Positions 35,027 to 45,998 are shown, counted from the stretch's first letter. The stretch: DNA of 64,000 nt from an uncultured Gammaproteobacteria bacterium (GCA_963797555.1 CAWCPV010000005.1:253953-317952), one strand, 5' to 3'. Numbers and translations are program-made. Notes: generated by a model from the letters alone, not told the origin.

Positions 35027-36385
35027 TCAGCCGACGGCCGAATAGGCCAGTCCCGCCGCGGCGCAACCCCCGATGAGCGGGATGATGCCTGCTTTGTAGC
35101 GCAGCAGCGCCACCAAGGCCGCCACGCTGAGCAGCGCGGAGAACCATTCGAAGCGCCCTTGGAAGCCATCCGGCCAGAGCACGTGATAGGCGAAGAACAG
35201 CGCCAGGTTGAGCACCACGCCCACCACCGCCGCGGTGATGCCGGTCAAGGGTGAAGTGAACTTGATGTCGTGGCGCGTGGCCTCCACCGCCGGTCCGCCC
35301 AGCAGGATGAAGAGAAACGAGGGCAGGAAGGTGAAGAAGGTCGCCACGGCCGCCCCCGCGGCGCCGGCCAGGGCCAGCGCTTCGGGCCCGAACGGCTGCT
35401 TGGTCCAGCCGCCGACGAAGCCCACGAAGGCCACCACCATGATGAGGGGCCCGGGAGTGGTCTCGCCCAGGGCCAGACCGTCGATCATCTGGGGAGCACT
35501 GAGCCAGTGGTAGGTCTGTACGCCTCCCTGGTAGACGTAGGGCAGCACGGCATAGGCGCCCCCGAAGGTGACCAGGGCGGCCTTGGTGAAGAACCAGCCC
35601 ATCCGGCTCAATGTGCCGTCCCAGCCGAACCGCGCGAGGAGCAACCCCAGGACCCCGCCCCAGAGAGCGACCCCGACGGCTGCGTAGGCGATGAGTCTCG
35701 GCCGGCTGAAGCGGGCATGGACCGGCACCGGGGTGTGGTCGTCGATGAGCGCCGGCCGGTGAGCCTGGGCCGATGCGCCGTGACCGCCGCCAATCTTGAA
35801 CTTCTCGGGTGCGACACGGCCCCCGAGGTAGCCGGCGACGCCCGCTCCCAGCACGATCAACGGGAACGGGACGTGCAGCGCGAAGATGGCCAGAAACGCG
35901 CCCGCAGCCAGGGTCCACAGCATGGCGTTCTTGAGCGCCCGGGAGCCGATGCGGTAAGCGGCGAACATCACGATGGCGGTGACGGCGGGCTTGATGCCGT
36001 ACAGGATGCCCGCCACCGCCGGCACCTGGCCATAGACCAGATACACCCAAGTCAGGCCGATCAGGATGAACAACGACGGCAGTACGAACAGCGTGCCCGC
36101 GATGATGCCGCCCGGCGTGCCGTGCATGAGCCAGCCGATGTAGGTCGCGAGCTGCTGCGCCTCGGGACCGGGCAGGACCATGGTGTAGTTCATGGCGTGG
36201 AGGAACCGATGCTCGGAGATCCAGCGCCGCCGCTCCACCAGTTCCTGGTGCATCATGCTGATCTGGCCGGCCGGTCCGCCGAAGCTGATGACGCCAAGCT
36301 TGAGCCAGTAGAGTACCGCCTTGCCCAAGGAGACTGTTGCTGGCGGGGCTTGATCGAGCACGGCGCCTGTGGGCTCTGCGGACAT
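35027..36385 (-). CDS. chrA: Chromate efflux transporter (long-chain CHR)
   Basis: LGVISFGGPAGQI, LPGPEAQQLATYIG, TFGGAYAVLPY, ETTPGP. Confidence 0.93.
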   Translation of the reverse strand: MSAEPTGAVLDQAPPATVSLGKAVLYWLKLGVISFGGPAGQISMMHQELVERRRWISEHRFLHAMNYTMVLPGPEAQQLATYIGWLMHGTPGGIIAGTLFVLPSLFILIGLTWVYLVYGQVPAVAGILYGIKPAVTAIVMFAAYRIGSRALKNAMLWTLAAGAFLAIFALHVPFPLIVLGAGVAGYLGGRVAPEKFKIGGGHGASAQAHRPALIDDHTPVPVHARFSRPRLIAYAAVGVALWGGVLGLLLARFGWDGTLSRMGWFFTKAALVTFGGAYAVLPYVYQGGVQTYHWLSAPQMIDGLALGETTPGPLIMVVAFVGFVGGWTKQPFGPEALALAGAAGAAVATFFTFLPSFLFILLGGPAVEATRHDIKFTSPLTGITAAVVGVVLNLALFFAYHVLWPDGFQGRFEWFSALLSVAALVALLRYKAGIIPLIGGCAAAGLAYSAVG

Positions 36386-36443
36386 CACGATCTCCGGACG
36401 TTCGATCATCGGTGAGGTTCGATCACGGGACCGTATCGACGCC

Positions 36444-36740
36444 TCAGAGGCGCGCGCCACGGCGGGGGTCGACCGCGTGAGTGCGTCGGCGCGTCGTCGA
36501 GGCTTTCCCCGGTGGCGTAGCTGCCATACAGAGCGTACAGCACCGGCGTGATGTCGGCGAGCGGGGCGTGGTCGTCGGGGAACGCCTTCCGCTCAGCACT
36601 GCCTCGATTCCGGTCCCTTCAGCGACGGGGATGCCGCCCACGTCCAGGAAATGCACCAGACTGGCAGCCGCGCCAGCCCCCGGTCGTCCTCCAGCCCGAA
36701 GCTGGACATCAAGCGCCTCGAAGGTCACCCTCCCGGCTCG
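36444..36740 (-). pseudogene. chrB: Chromate resistance protein ChrB C-terminal remnant
   Basis: RVTFEAL..LVHFLDVGGIPVAEGTGIEAVLSG, frameshifted, directly upstream of chrA. Confidence 0.7.
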
Positions 36741-36793
36741 CGAGCACCGTGCAATCGCGCTCTCGGGACGCGCGGCAGCTTTACGCAAAGCTC

Positions 36794-37855
36794 TCAGTGG
36801 CGGTGCCGGTGATGCAGGTCGGGGTAATGCGGATGGCTATGTACCAGCGGCCCATGCGTGTGGGGGTGGCTGTGGGGCTCGCGACCGTCCCAAGCGAAGC
36901 TGTGGGTGTGGCGGTGATGGGCGTCGTGCTCGTGGGGGTGAGTGTGGACCAGTCCCTCGTGGCGGTGCAGGTGCTCGTGCCGCTCGGTCAGGTACAGCCA
37001 GATGCCGACCCCCATCAGGACCGCCGCTATCCAGAACGGCGCGCCTGGCGACTCGCGGAGCAGCACTATGGCGCTTGCCGCGCCGATGAACGGAGCCAGC
37101 GAGAAGTAAGCGCTGGTGCGCGCCGCGCCGATGTGCCGCAGCGCAGTCACGAATAGCGTCAGACTGACTCCGTAGCCGAGCAGCCCCACCACGGAGGCGG
37201 TGACGAGCAGCGCCGTCGTAACGGTCGGCCAGCCGAGGGCGGCGGCGATGCCGAGATTGACCAAGCCGGCGACCAGGCCCTTGATGCCGGCGATCTGTAC
37301 GGGATCACTCGCGGAGACCCGCTGCGTCAGATTATTGTCGACGGCCCAGCCCAGACACGCCGCCACGACGGCCAGCGACCCGAGGGATGGAGCGTCCGCC
37401 TGCCCGCCTCCCCAGGAAAGCAACAGGCCTGCGAGCGTGATCAAGCCCATGCCGGCGACAACCCGCCGGTCGAGGTTCTCGCCGAAGACGAACCACGCGA
37501 ACAGCGCCGTGAGCACCCCTTCCAGGTTCAGCAACAGGGACGCGCTCGCGGCAGGCGTGAGGGACAGCCCCACCATCAGGAGAACGGGGGCCGCCACGCC
37601 GCCGGACAGGATGGCGCCCGCCAGCCAGGGGAGATCCTGCGGCCTCAGGGTGGCCTCCCGGACGGGCCGCTGGGCTGCCGTCAGGAAATGCCTGATTGCC
37701 CACCAGGACAGCAGTCCAATGCCAGAGCCCAGGTACAGCAGTCCCGCCAGGGCGACCGGCGGCAGATGCCCGAGCAGGAGCTTGGCGAGCGGGCTGCTGA
37801 GGCCGAACAGTACCGCGGCCGCCAATGCGCTGACGATGCCCGGATTCGCCGGCAT
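36794..37855 (-). CDS. DMT/EamA transporter with His-rich C-terminal tail
   Basis: 10-TM pattern, LAGLLYLGSG, WAVDNNLT, tail HEHLHRH..HPHYPDLHHRHRH. Confidence 0.9.
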   Translation of the reverse strand: MPANPGIVSALAAAVLFGLSSPLAKLLLGHLPPVALAGLLYLGSGIGLLSWWAIRHFLTAAQRPVREATLRPQDLPWLAGAILSGGVAAPVLLMVGLSLTPAASASLLLNLEGVLTALFAWFVFGENLDRRVVAGMGLITLAGLLLSWGGGQADAPSLGSLAVVAACLGWAVDNNLTQRVSASDPVQIAGIKGLVAGLVNLGIAAALGWPTVTTALLVTASVVGLLGYGVSLTLFVTALRHIGAARTSAYFSLAPFIGAASAIVLLRESPGAPFWIAAVLMGVGIWLYLTERHEHLHRHEGLVHTHPHEHDAHHRHTHSFAWDGREPHSHPHTHGPLVHSHPHYPDLHHRHRH

Positions 37856-38008
37856 GGACTTACATCCCGTTTACCCGACGGCCTGTTGAGCCCCCGCCAC
37901 ACCGACGGCGCGCAGCACACGGCACGCGGTGGACTGTGTCCGTGTGCACGAGCCGACCACCTCTGCGGTGCGCATACCAGGGCGCCCTGATGGTATTCTG
38001 GGGCCGAA

Positions 38009-38542
38009 ATGGCGGCTTATCCAGCGAGCCGGAGGTTCAGCCCGTTGTCCTTCTTCCTGACCAAGCTGTTGCCAGTCTTGGCCGTCGTGGCGGTGGGCCT
38101 CCTTGCCGGCGGGCTATTCTCGAACCGCGTGCCGCTGACCCAACCGCCGGGGCTGGAGAAGCGGCTCGCGACCTACCTGACCAAGAACGTGGCCGAGACC
38201 GCCGAGAACTCCGAGTTCCCGGAGCTGCAAGTCCGCCGCTACCCCGTGTCGGCGGGTCGGCTCTACCGGGTCGCCCAAGAGGCGGTGGCCGACCTGGGCT
38301 GGGAGTTGGTGGCGACGAGCGACGACAGGAAAACCCTGGGGGCCGTCGTGACCAGCCGCCTCTGGCAGTTCCAGGACGACCTCACCGCGCGGGCGGTTCC
38401 CGACGGGGCGCAGGCGAGCCTGCTGCACATTCGGTCGCGGTCGCGCGTGGGGAAGGGCGACCTGGGTGCCAACATCCGCCATATCCTGGACCTGGAAGCC
38501 CGCGTTGCGGCGAGGCTGAAGAAGGGCGCGGCTGGCGGATAG
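38009..38542 (+). CDS. DUF1499-like membrane-anchored protein
   Basis: N-terminal TM; TSRLWQFQDD..RSRSRVGKGDLGANIRHI. Confidence 0.75.
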   Translation: MAAYPASRRFSPLSFFLTKLLPVLAVVAVGLLAGGLFSNRVPLTQPPGLEKRLATYLTKNVAETAENSEFPELQVRRYPVSAGRLYRVAQEAVADLGWELVATSDDRKTLGAVVTSRLWQFQDDLTARAVPDGAQASLLHIRSRSRVGKGDLGANIRHILDLEARVAARLKKGAAGG

Positions 38543-38859
38543 CGCCGCGCGCCGCTGTCGGGGCGCCGCTCCCCCGACGGATCGGCCAGTCTCCTCGTCC
38601 TCTTCACCGGCCTGATGGGCTTGCAGCCTTGGGACGTGTGACGGAAAAGGGGACCGTTTCGCAACCCGCTGGGCGCTTGTCTGCAGCGGGTGGTGGGAGC
38701 GAACGATTTCCGGGTGGACCAGGGCAGGCCTTGGAGAAAGCCGGCCGCGGCGGCAAGCAAGGGGGGAGGAGCAGTTGCCTCCCTTGGGACGTAGCGCTTG
38801 CGGCCACACAACGTCCATGGTGTCCATCACGCGAGTTTCCCAATAGGGACAGGTGAAGC

Positions 38860-40086
38860 ATGAGCATCCTGCGCCATTCGATGTTGCCGATCCTGCTCGT
38901 CGCACCGCTGCTGACCGGGTCGCCGTCGCCAGCGGTCGCCGAGGCGAGCGACTCGGCTGCGCCGGCGACGCCCGGCTCCGGCGAGCCGCCTGCAACGACG
39001 GTCAACCAAGCCTTCGCGCGGGCTCTGGCCTGGGTGCAGCACCATCGCGCCACTCCGAAGGAGGGCGGTTTCCTGGAGATGGGCGAAGAAGTCTACATGC
39101 TCTACGTCCTGCACAACACCACGGGCGACAAGGCGGCACGGGACGCATATGTCCGTCAGATCGCGAGCCGACAGACAGCCATGCAACCGCATGTCGAGGC
39201 GGACATGGAGAGCCGCAGCTACCTGTTCGACCCGTGGGGTCCGACGAAGTATGCGGTGCTTGCCGCCATGTTCCAACGAGTCGGCCTGCCGATCGCCGAT
39301 TACCGCCGGATCATCCAAGACATGCAGCTATTCCACTGGAAGTTCTTTCCCGACCACCCGTCGGTCCGGATGGTGTTGGGGCTCTACCTGCAGCGGCTCG
39401 GCCTCAAATCCCCTGTTCCGGTCCAGCAGCTCATCGAGCACAGCCGCCTGTACCGAGAGCCGAGCACCCACACCGTGCAGAAGCGCTTGAGCGACGGTTC
39501 GCACGGCCAAGCGGACGCGGCCCAGACCGAGGGCGCCCTGTACGACCTCACCCACGAAATCCTCGGACTCACCGATTTCGGGGCGCTGCCCGCACCGGCC
39601 TTCGTATGCCGGCAAGCGGCGGAGTATCGCCGAGTGCTCGACGCCGGGATGGACTGGGCCATGGCGCACGGCACCCTGGACGTGCTCGCCGAGCTCGCCG
39701 TGTGCACGAAGCTGGTAGGCCTGGGGGATCATTTACCGTCCCTAGATCGGGCGATCGCCACCGTGGTCAGTCACCAGCAGCAGGACGGCTCGTTCGGCGC
39801 CGCGATGCCCACCCGCGAGAACAAATACCGCCATGCCGTGCTGACCGGGGCGACGGCCCTGGCTGTGTCGCGCTGTGACAACGTCTGCGGGTCCCTCTGC
39901 GGGCGCTGGAGGGGGCCGCTCCACGACGGGCGGTCCCCAGCCCCGCGATCCCGGGGCTGTCGGACCCTGGAGAGGCGCGGAGCGGACGCTCCGGGTGCCC
40001 TTCGCGAACCCGCGCCTGAAGATACAGGCCGCCACAGCGGCTGCGGTCATGGCCCACTCGCCCGGAATGGGCGCCCAGGAGCGTGA
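38860..40086 (+). CDS. Secreted hypothetical protein with a helical prenyltransferase/cyclase-like repeat; C-terminus after ~39880 doubtful
   Basis: Signal peptide; YDLTHEI..TDFG, DVLAEL, QQQDGSFG..YRH motifs. Confidence 0.55.
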   Translation: MSILRHSMLPILLVAPLLTGSPSPAVAEASDSAAPATPGSGEPPATTVNQAFARALAWVQHHRATPKEGGFLEMGEEVYMLYVLHNTTGDKAARDAYVRQIASRQTAMQPHVEADMESRSYLFDPWGPTKYAVLAAMFQRVGLPIADYRRIIQDMQLFHWKFFPDHPSVRMVLGLYLQRLGLKSPVPVQQLIEHSRLYREPSTHTVQKRLSDGSHGQADAAQTEGALYDLTHEILGLTDFGALPAPAFVCRQAAEYRRVLDAGMDWAMAHGTLDVLAELAVCTKLVGLGDHLPSLDRAIATVVSHQQQDGSFGAAMPTRENKYRHAVLTGATALAVSRCDNVCGSLCGRWRGPLHDGRSPAPRSRGCRTLERRGADAPGALREPAPEDTGRHSGCGHGPLARNGRPGA

Positions 40087-40194
40087 GAAGCGGGCCAGGC
40101 TGCTCTTCCCCGAGTCGGGAGCCTCTGCAGGCTGTTCTGGTCCGCTCCGGCGCGAGGTTGTCAGAGGCGTTGCGGTGTGGGATGCCACCAAGTC

Positions 40195-40995
40195 ATGAAG
40201 GTCCTTCGCCCCGAACTTGACCTGGAAGCCTTCTTTGCGCGGCTGGCGGCTGCTGCACACGGCACGCTCATGCTGGACTATGACGGGACGCTGGCACCCT
40301 TCAAAGTTTCGCCGAAGGAGGCGATCCCCTACCCCGAGGTGCCCGGCCTGCTCGACCAGATCATGGCGGGCGGACACACGCGACTCGTCATAGTGAGCGG
40401 GCGGCCGGCCCGAGATCTCCAACCCCTGCTCGGGCTGAGGCAAGACCCCGAGGTGTGGGGCTCCCACGGCTGGGAACGCCTGCGGCCCGACGGCAGATAC
40501 GAGCTTGCGCCGCTGGCGGAGGGGGTGCGGCGGCGCCTCCAGGAAGCGGGAGACACGGTCGCCGACGCCGCGGCCATGGGTGCTCTGCTCGAGGTCAAGC
40601 CGACCAGCGTCGCGGTCCACTGGCGAGGCCTCGAGCCGGACATCGTACGTCGCGTGCGGGATGCGGCGGAGCGACGGTGGCGCGCACTGGCTGGCGGACT
40701 GCTCGAGGTCCACGGCTTCGACGGGGGCTTGGAGCTGCGGCCTCGGGGCCGGAGCAAGGGCGACGCGGTGCGGACCGTTTTGGACGAGATGCCCGCCGCA
40801 ACGATCGCCGCTTACCTGGGGGACGATGCGACCGACGAGGACGCCTTCCGCGCCATCCGCAGCCGCGGTCTCGGAGTTCTGGTGCGGGACGAGCTGAGGG
40901 CTACTGCGGCCGATGTCTGGCTCACGCCGCCCCGAGATCTGCTTGAGTTCCTGCAGCGTTGGGCCAGCGTGCCAGTCCACGACGGGCGGCGCTGA
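40195..40995 (+). CDS. otsB: Trehalose-6-phosphate phosphatase
   Basis: LDYDGTLAP, VSGR, GSHGWE, YLGDDATDEDAF. Confidence 0.93.
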   Translation: MKVLRPELDLEAFFARLAAAAHGTLMLDYDGTLAPFKVSPKEAIPYPEVPGLLDQIMAGGHTRLVIVSGRPARDLQPLLGLRQDPEVWGSHGWERLRPDGRYELAPLAEGVRRRLQEAGDTVADAAAMGALLEVKPTSVAVHWRGLEPDIVRRVRDAAERRWRALAGGLLEVHGFDGGLELRPRGRSKGDAVRTVLDEMPAATIAAYLGDDATDEDAFRAIRSRGLGVLVRDELRATAADVWLTPPRDLLEFLQRWASVPVHDGRR

Positions 40996-41037
40996 AGGGC
41001 GCTTTCCAATCGGACCCGCACAGCGGAGGGGAACGAG

Positions 41038-42525
41038 ATGGCGAAGGCACATGCGCGACTCGTTGTGGTATCGAACCGGCTGCCGTTCCTGATCACGCCG
41101 GAGCCCGGAGGCCGGTGCGCCATCAGTCCGGGCTCCGGAGGTCTGGTGACGGCCATGCTGCCGGTGCTGCGAAACCGCGGCGGCGTCTGGGTGGGCTGGC
41201 CGGGGGCCCACGACAGCGTCGAGAATCTGGACGCCGCCCTCGCCGAGGCCGCGCCGCGCGCGGGCTACACCTTGAGGCCGGTGCTCCTGACCGGCGAGGA
41301 GGTCGACAACTTTTACTGCGGGTGGTCGAACGAGATCATCTGGCCTCTGTTTCACGACCTGCAGTCCCTGTGCAACTTCGACCCTGCATACTGGCAGGTC
41401 TACCGGCAGGTCAACCGGAAGTATGCTGCTGCCATCGCGGAGGTGTGCGAGGACGAAGACTTCGTGTGGGTGCACGACTACCAGCTCATGAACGTGGGCG
41501 CGGAGCTGCGGGCCCTCGGTGCGCAGGCCAAGATCGCCTTCTTTCTGCACATCCCGTTCCCGCCCATGGACATCTTCCTGAAGCTCCCCTGGCGCTTCGC
41601 CATCCTCGACGCCCTCATGCAGTACGACATCATCGGCTTCCAGACTCCGCGCGACCGGCGCAACTTTCTGCACTGCGTGCGCACCTTGCTTCCGGGCGCC
41701 GCGGTCCACGGTAAAGGGCAGGTCGTCACGGCGACGGTGGGCGACCGGGAGGTGCGCGTCGGTACCTTTCCCATCGGCATCGACTACCGGAGCTTCGCGC
41801 AGGATGCCGCCAGCCGGGAGGTGCGGGAGAAAGCGAGGGAGCTGCGGGGCCTGCACCCGGACCGCCAGTTGCTTCTCGGGGTCGACCGATTGGACTACAC
41901 GAAGGGCATCCCGGACCGCCTCAAAGCGTTCCGCAATGCCCTGCGCCGCTATCCCGATCTGCGCGAGCGCGTCACGCTCATCCAGGTGGTGGTCCCGAGT
42001 CGCTCCGAGATCCCAGCCTACGATGCGCTCAAGACCGGGATCGAGGGCCTCGTCGGTCAGATCAACGGCGAGTTCACGCGCCCCGGGGAGTGGGTGCCCA
42101 TTCATTACATCTTCCGCAGCCTGGATCGTACCGAGCTGCTCGCTTACTACCGGGCGACAGCTATCGGGCTGGTTACGCCCCTCAAGGACGGCATGAACCT
42201 GGTCGCGAAGGAATATTGCGCCTGCAGCGTCGACGAGGACTGCGTCCTGATCCTAAGCGAGTTCGCCGGGGCTGCGGCGCAACTGCAGAGGGGCGCCCTG
42301 TTGGTCAACCCACACGACATCGAGGGCATGGCGGACGCCATCCACCGCGCCGTCACGATGCCCCCCGAAGAGCGGCGTAGCCGCATGCGACGCCTGCGCC
42401 GAACCATCCGCAAGCACGACGTGTTCTGGTGGGTCGACTCGTTCCTGCGCGCAGCCATCGCCCGCGACCTGAGCGCGTTCGCTCCGTCGGCGGACTATCT
42501 TCCGCAGCCCGTCGACGTGTCCTGA
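41038..42525 (+). CDS. otsA: Trehalose-6-phosphate synthase
   Basis: [54 protein letters not shown]. Confidence 0.95.
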   Translation: MAKAHARLVVVSNRLPFLITPEPGGRCAISPGSGGLVTAMLPVLRNRGGVWVGWPGAHDSVENLDAALAEAAPRAGYTLRPVLLTGEEVDNFYCGWSNEIIWPLFHDLQSLCNFDPAYWQVYRQVNRKYAAAIAEVCEDEDFVWVHDYQLMNVGAELRALGAQAKIAFFLHIPFPPMDIFLKLPWRFAILDALMQYDIIGFQTPRDRRNFLHCVRTLLPGAAVHGKGQVVTATVGDREVRVGTFPIGIDYRSFAQDAASREVREKARELRGLHPDRQLLLGVDRLDYTKGIPDRLKAFRNALRRYPDLRERVTLIQVVVPSRSEIPAYDALKTGIEGLVGQINGEFTRPGEWVPIHYIFRSLDRTELLAYYRATAIGLVTPLKDGMNLVAKEYCACSVDEDCVLILSEFAGAAAQLQRGALLVNPHDIEGMADAIHRAVTMPPEERRSRMRRLRRTIRKHDVFWWVDSFLRAAIARDLSAFAPSADYLPQPVDVS

Positions 42526-42826
42526 GAGCCCGTGAATGAGTCTGCTACGCGCTCCCGCTTAGCGGCGTCGCGCGGTGTTCATGGCGTACCCCCTTGTACG
42601 CCACCCCTTTGGGAGCGACGCCGGCGAACCGGCATGGTACACAGGTCCCTGCTCGGACCCGCGGTCTTTCTCTCCGCCCCCAATCATGAGTCTCTCTCCG
42701 AGGCCGCCAGGGAGCTGTCACCGTGGCGGATACGGAGGACCACGAAGGCAAGAAGCAGGTGTGGACCGAACTGGCATCGGCCAGGGTGCGCGATTACCTG
42801 GCGTGAGAGCAAGTGCGGGCGGACCG

Positions 42827-45628
42827 CTATGCGGCCTTGTCGGTAACCCCCTTCTCGACGCTGTCCGGCAGGATATTGGCGTGCGCTGCGGCCAGGCGTG
42901 CCAAGGGTACGCGCGGCGGGGAGCAGGATACGTAGTCCAGGCCGATCTGGTGGCAGAAACGGATGGATGCCGGGTGCCCGCCGTGTTCTCCGCAGATGCC
43001 CACTTTCAGCCCCGGACGCGTGCTGCGGCCCCACTCCACGGCGAGGCTCATGAGCCGGCCGACGCCTTTGACGTCGAGCACCTCGAACGGATTGTCCTGC
43101 AGAATGCCGCGCTCGTGATACATAGGCAGGAACTTGTTCTCGGCGTCCTCACGCGAGAACGAGAAGGTGGCCTGGGTCAGGTCGTTGGTGCCGAAGGAGA
43201 AGAACTCGGCCACCTCCGACAGCGTTTCGGCACGCATGCACGCCCGCACGACCTCGATCATCGTGCCGAACTGGTAGTTCAGGGGCACGCCATGGGCCGC
43301 CTCCACGGCCTGGCACACGCTCTCCGCATAACCCCTCACGTGCCTGATCTCCTCGGCTGTACAGACCTGCGGCACCATGATCTCGGCCCGCACGTCGATG
43401 CCGTCCTTGGTGCATTCGGCCACCGCCTCCAGGATCGCCCGGATCTGCATGCAGTAAATCTCCGGGAAGGTGATGCCCAGGCGCACACCCCGGTGACCGA
43501 GCATCGGGTTCACCTCGCGCAAAGCGCGCACCTTCTTCAGGATCGCCTCCTTGCGAACGATCACGCTGTCCACTAGACGAGTGTCGCTCAGATCCCGGAA
43601 CGACGCGGGCAGGGCTCCCGAGATGCCCGCCGTGCCGCTGCCCGCCAGCAGGCTCACGGTCTTGGCCAGCACCTCCATGCCTTGCACCGTGCCGCGCAGG
43701 CGCCCCAGGTGCTCGAGATCGTCCAGCAGTTGCTGCTCCGATGGAAGGAACTCGTGGATGGGCGGGTCCAGCAGCCGGATGGTCACCGGCCTGGGCGACA
43801 TGGTCTTGAACAGCGCCTTGAAGTCCGACCGCTGGATCGGCAGCAGCCGGTCGAGCGCTGCCTGCCGTTGCTCCTGAGTGTCCGCGACGATCATGTCGAG
43901 CACGATGGGCAGCCGATCGGGGGCATTGAACATGCGCTCGGTACGGCATAGGCCGATCCCCATGGCCCCGTATTTCAGTGCCCGTTGAGCGTCGTCCGGG
44001 GTATCGGCGTTGGCCATGACCTTGAGCCGGGAGGTCTCGTCGGCCCAGCCCAGCAGTATCGCCAGATCGGGTGCGAAATCGGCCTCGACCATCGGGATCT
44101 GCCCCAGGTAGATATTGCCGCTCGTGCCGTCGAGGGTGATCACATCTCCCTCCTTGATGACGGTCCCGCCGGCGAACGCCTCCCGCAGTTGGACGTCCAC
44201 CGAGATCCCCTCGGCCCCGGCCACGCATGGCTTGCCCATGCCGCGCGCGACGACGGCAGCGTGGGAGGTCTTGCCGCCCCGACTGGTCAGGATCCCCTGG
44301 CTGGCGAAAAACCCGTGGATATCCTCCGGCTTGGTCTCCTCGCGCACCAGGATGACCTTGAATCCCTGCTTCCCGAGCGCTTCCGCGCGGTCCGCGTCGA
44401 AGATGGCTTGCCCGGTGGCCGCGCCTGGGGAGGCGGCCAGGCCATGAGCCAACGGCGTCCCCCTGAAGTGCGGGTCCAGACGCGGGTAGAGGAGCTGCTC
44501 CAGGTGCTGGGGGTCGATCCTCAGCAGCGCCCTATCCCGGCTGATGAGTCTTTCCCGCTCCATCTCCACCGAGGTGCGCACCAGCGCGCTGGCGTTCATC
44601 TTGCCGTCCCGGGTTTGCAGGCAGTAAAGCTTCCCCTTTTCGATGGTGAACTCGAAGTCCTGGACCTCCCGGTAATGGCCCTCGAGCCGCGCCCGCAGCT
44701 CCAGGAGCTGGCGGTACAGGTCACGCATCTCCATCTCCATGTCCTGGATGGGCTTGGGGGTGCGGATGCCCGCCACCACGTCCTCCCCCTGTGCATTGAC
44801 GAGGTACTCCCCGTAAAGCTGGTTCTCGCCCGTGGCCGGATTGCGGGTGAATCCGACGCCCGTGGCACAGTCGTTGCCCATGTTGCCAAACACCATCGCC
44901 ACCACGTTGACCGCGGTACCGTTGGCGATCTCCGGCGTGATGTGGAACTCGCGGCGGTAGTCTACGGCGCGCCGCCCCATCCAGGAGTTGAACACGGCCT
45001 TGATGGCTATCTCCAACTGCTCGAACGGATCTTCGGGAAACGGGCGCCCGATGTGGTCGCTGACCACGGTCAGGAAGCGTTCGCTGATCTCCTTCAGGTC
45101 TTGGGCCTGAAGCGCCACATCGACCTTGGCCCCGACCCGCTCCTTGACGGCTTCGAACTGCTCGTCGAACAGCTTATCGGGAAGATCCAGGGCCACCTTG
45201 CCAAAGAGCTGAAGGAAACGCCGGTACGCGTCGTACCCGAAGCGCTCGTTGCGCGTTTGGCTGACGAGTCCCTCCAAGGTCTGCCGGTTGAGCCCGAGGT
45301 TGAGGATCGTGTCCATCATCCCGGGCATGGACACGGCGGAGCCGGACCGCACCGAGACCAACAAAGGATTCTGCGCGCCGCCGAAAGCCTTGCCAGTGCG
45401 CTCCTCCAAGGCGCGCATGTGCGCGCGGACCTCCTCCATCAGGCCCTCTGGGAGACGGCGGCCCTCCGTGCCCAAGTAGGCAAGACATGCCTCGGTGGTG
45501 ATCACGAAGCCCGGCGGCACGTTTACCCCGATTTGGGTCATCTCGCACAGGTTCGCCCCCTTCCCGCCCAGCAAGCGTTTGTTCTTGCCGTCGCCTTCGT
45601 TGAACGCGTAGATCCACTTTCTGCCCAT
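42827..45628 (-). CDS. ppdK: Pyruvate, phosphate dikinase
   Basis: LLGGKGANL, SVRSGSAVSMPGMMDT, GGKTSHAAVVAR, GLCRTE, FSFGTNDLTQ, GICGEHGG. Confidence 0.96.
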   Translation of the reverse strand: MGRKWIYAFNEGDGKNKRLLGGKGANLCEMTQIGVNVPPGFVITTEACLAYLGTEGRRLPEGLMEEVRAHMRALEERTGKAFGGAQNPLLVSVRSGSAVSMPGMMDTILNLGLNRQTLEGLVSQTRNERFGYDAYRRFLQLFGKVALDLPDKLFDEQFEAVKERVGAKVDVALQAQDLKEISERFLTVVSDHIGRPFPEDPFEQLEIAIKAVFNSWMGRRAVDYRREFHITPEIANGTAVNVVAMVFGNMGNDCATGVGFTRNPATGENQLYGEYLVNAQGEDVVAGIRTPKPIQDMEMEMRDLYRQLLELRARLEGHYREVQDFEFTIEKGKLYCLQTRDGKMNASALVRTSVEMERERLISRDRALLRIDPQHLEQLLYPRLDPHFRGTPLAHGLAASPGAATGQAIFDADRAEALGKQGFKVILVREETKPEDIHGFFASQGILTSRGGKTSHAAVVARGMGKPCVAGAEGISVDVQLREAFAGGTVIKEGDVITLDGTSGNIYLGQIPMVEADFAPDLAILLGWADETSRLKVMANADTPDDAQRALKYGAMGIGLCRTERMFNAPDRLPIVLDMIVADTQEQRQAALDRLLPIQRSDFKALFKTMSPRPVTIRLLDPPIHEFLPSEQQLLDDLEHLGRLRGTVQGMEVLAKTVSLLAGSGTAGISGALPASFRDLSDTRLVDSVIVRKEAILKKVRALREVNPMLGHRGVRLGITFPEIYCMQIRAILEAVAECTKDGIDVRAEIMVPQVCTAEEIRHVRGYAESVCQAVEAAHGVPLNYQFGTMIEVVRACMRAETLSEVAEFFSFGTNDLTQATFSFSREDAENKFLPMYHERGILQDNPFEVLDVKGVGRLMSLAVEWGRSTRPGLKVGICGEHGGHPASIRFCHQIGLDYVSCSPPRVPLARLAAAHANILPDSVEKGVTDKAA

Positions 45629-45978
45629 GATCCGCTCCTCAGCTCGTCATTTCCTCGGACCCCAACATCCTACGCAGGAGTTCTTCCCAAGGCCAGCGCT
45701 TAGCACCAGGATCGCCACGTTCCCGGTTGTTGGGGGCTGCAGGGGGAGACCGTGGATCTCCGCCATCGCTATCGAGGTGCGCTGCTCGGGGTGAGGCGGC
45801 TCACATCTTGACGTGCGGCCCGATGGAGCAGAAGGTCGGGCCCCGCGGAGATGCTTGGGACGGATGAACGCGGGCAACGTCGCCGGCAGTGCCTCATGTT
45901 AAGCGGGGACATCGGAGCCACCCTTTGCTATGGTGGATGAGCGCACTTGGCAAGCCGTTGACCCGTGAGTGAGCATGG

Positions 45979-45998
45979 GTGTATATACGGATATACAC
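45979..45998. promoter_or_regulatory. Operator palindrome of vapBC-1
   Basis: GTGTATAT-ACGG-ATATACAC, a perfect inverted repeat upstream of vapB. Confidence 0.7.
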
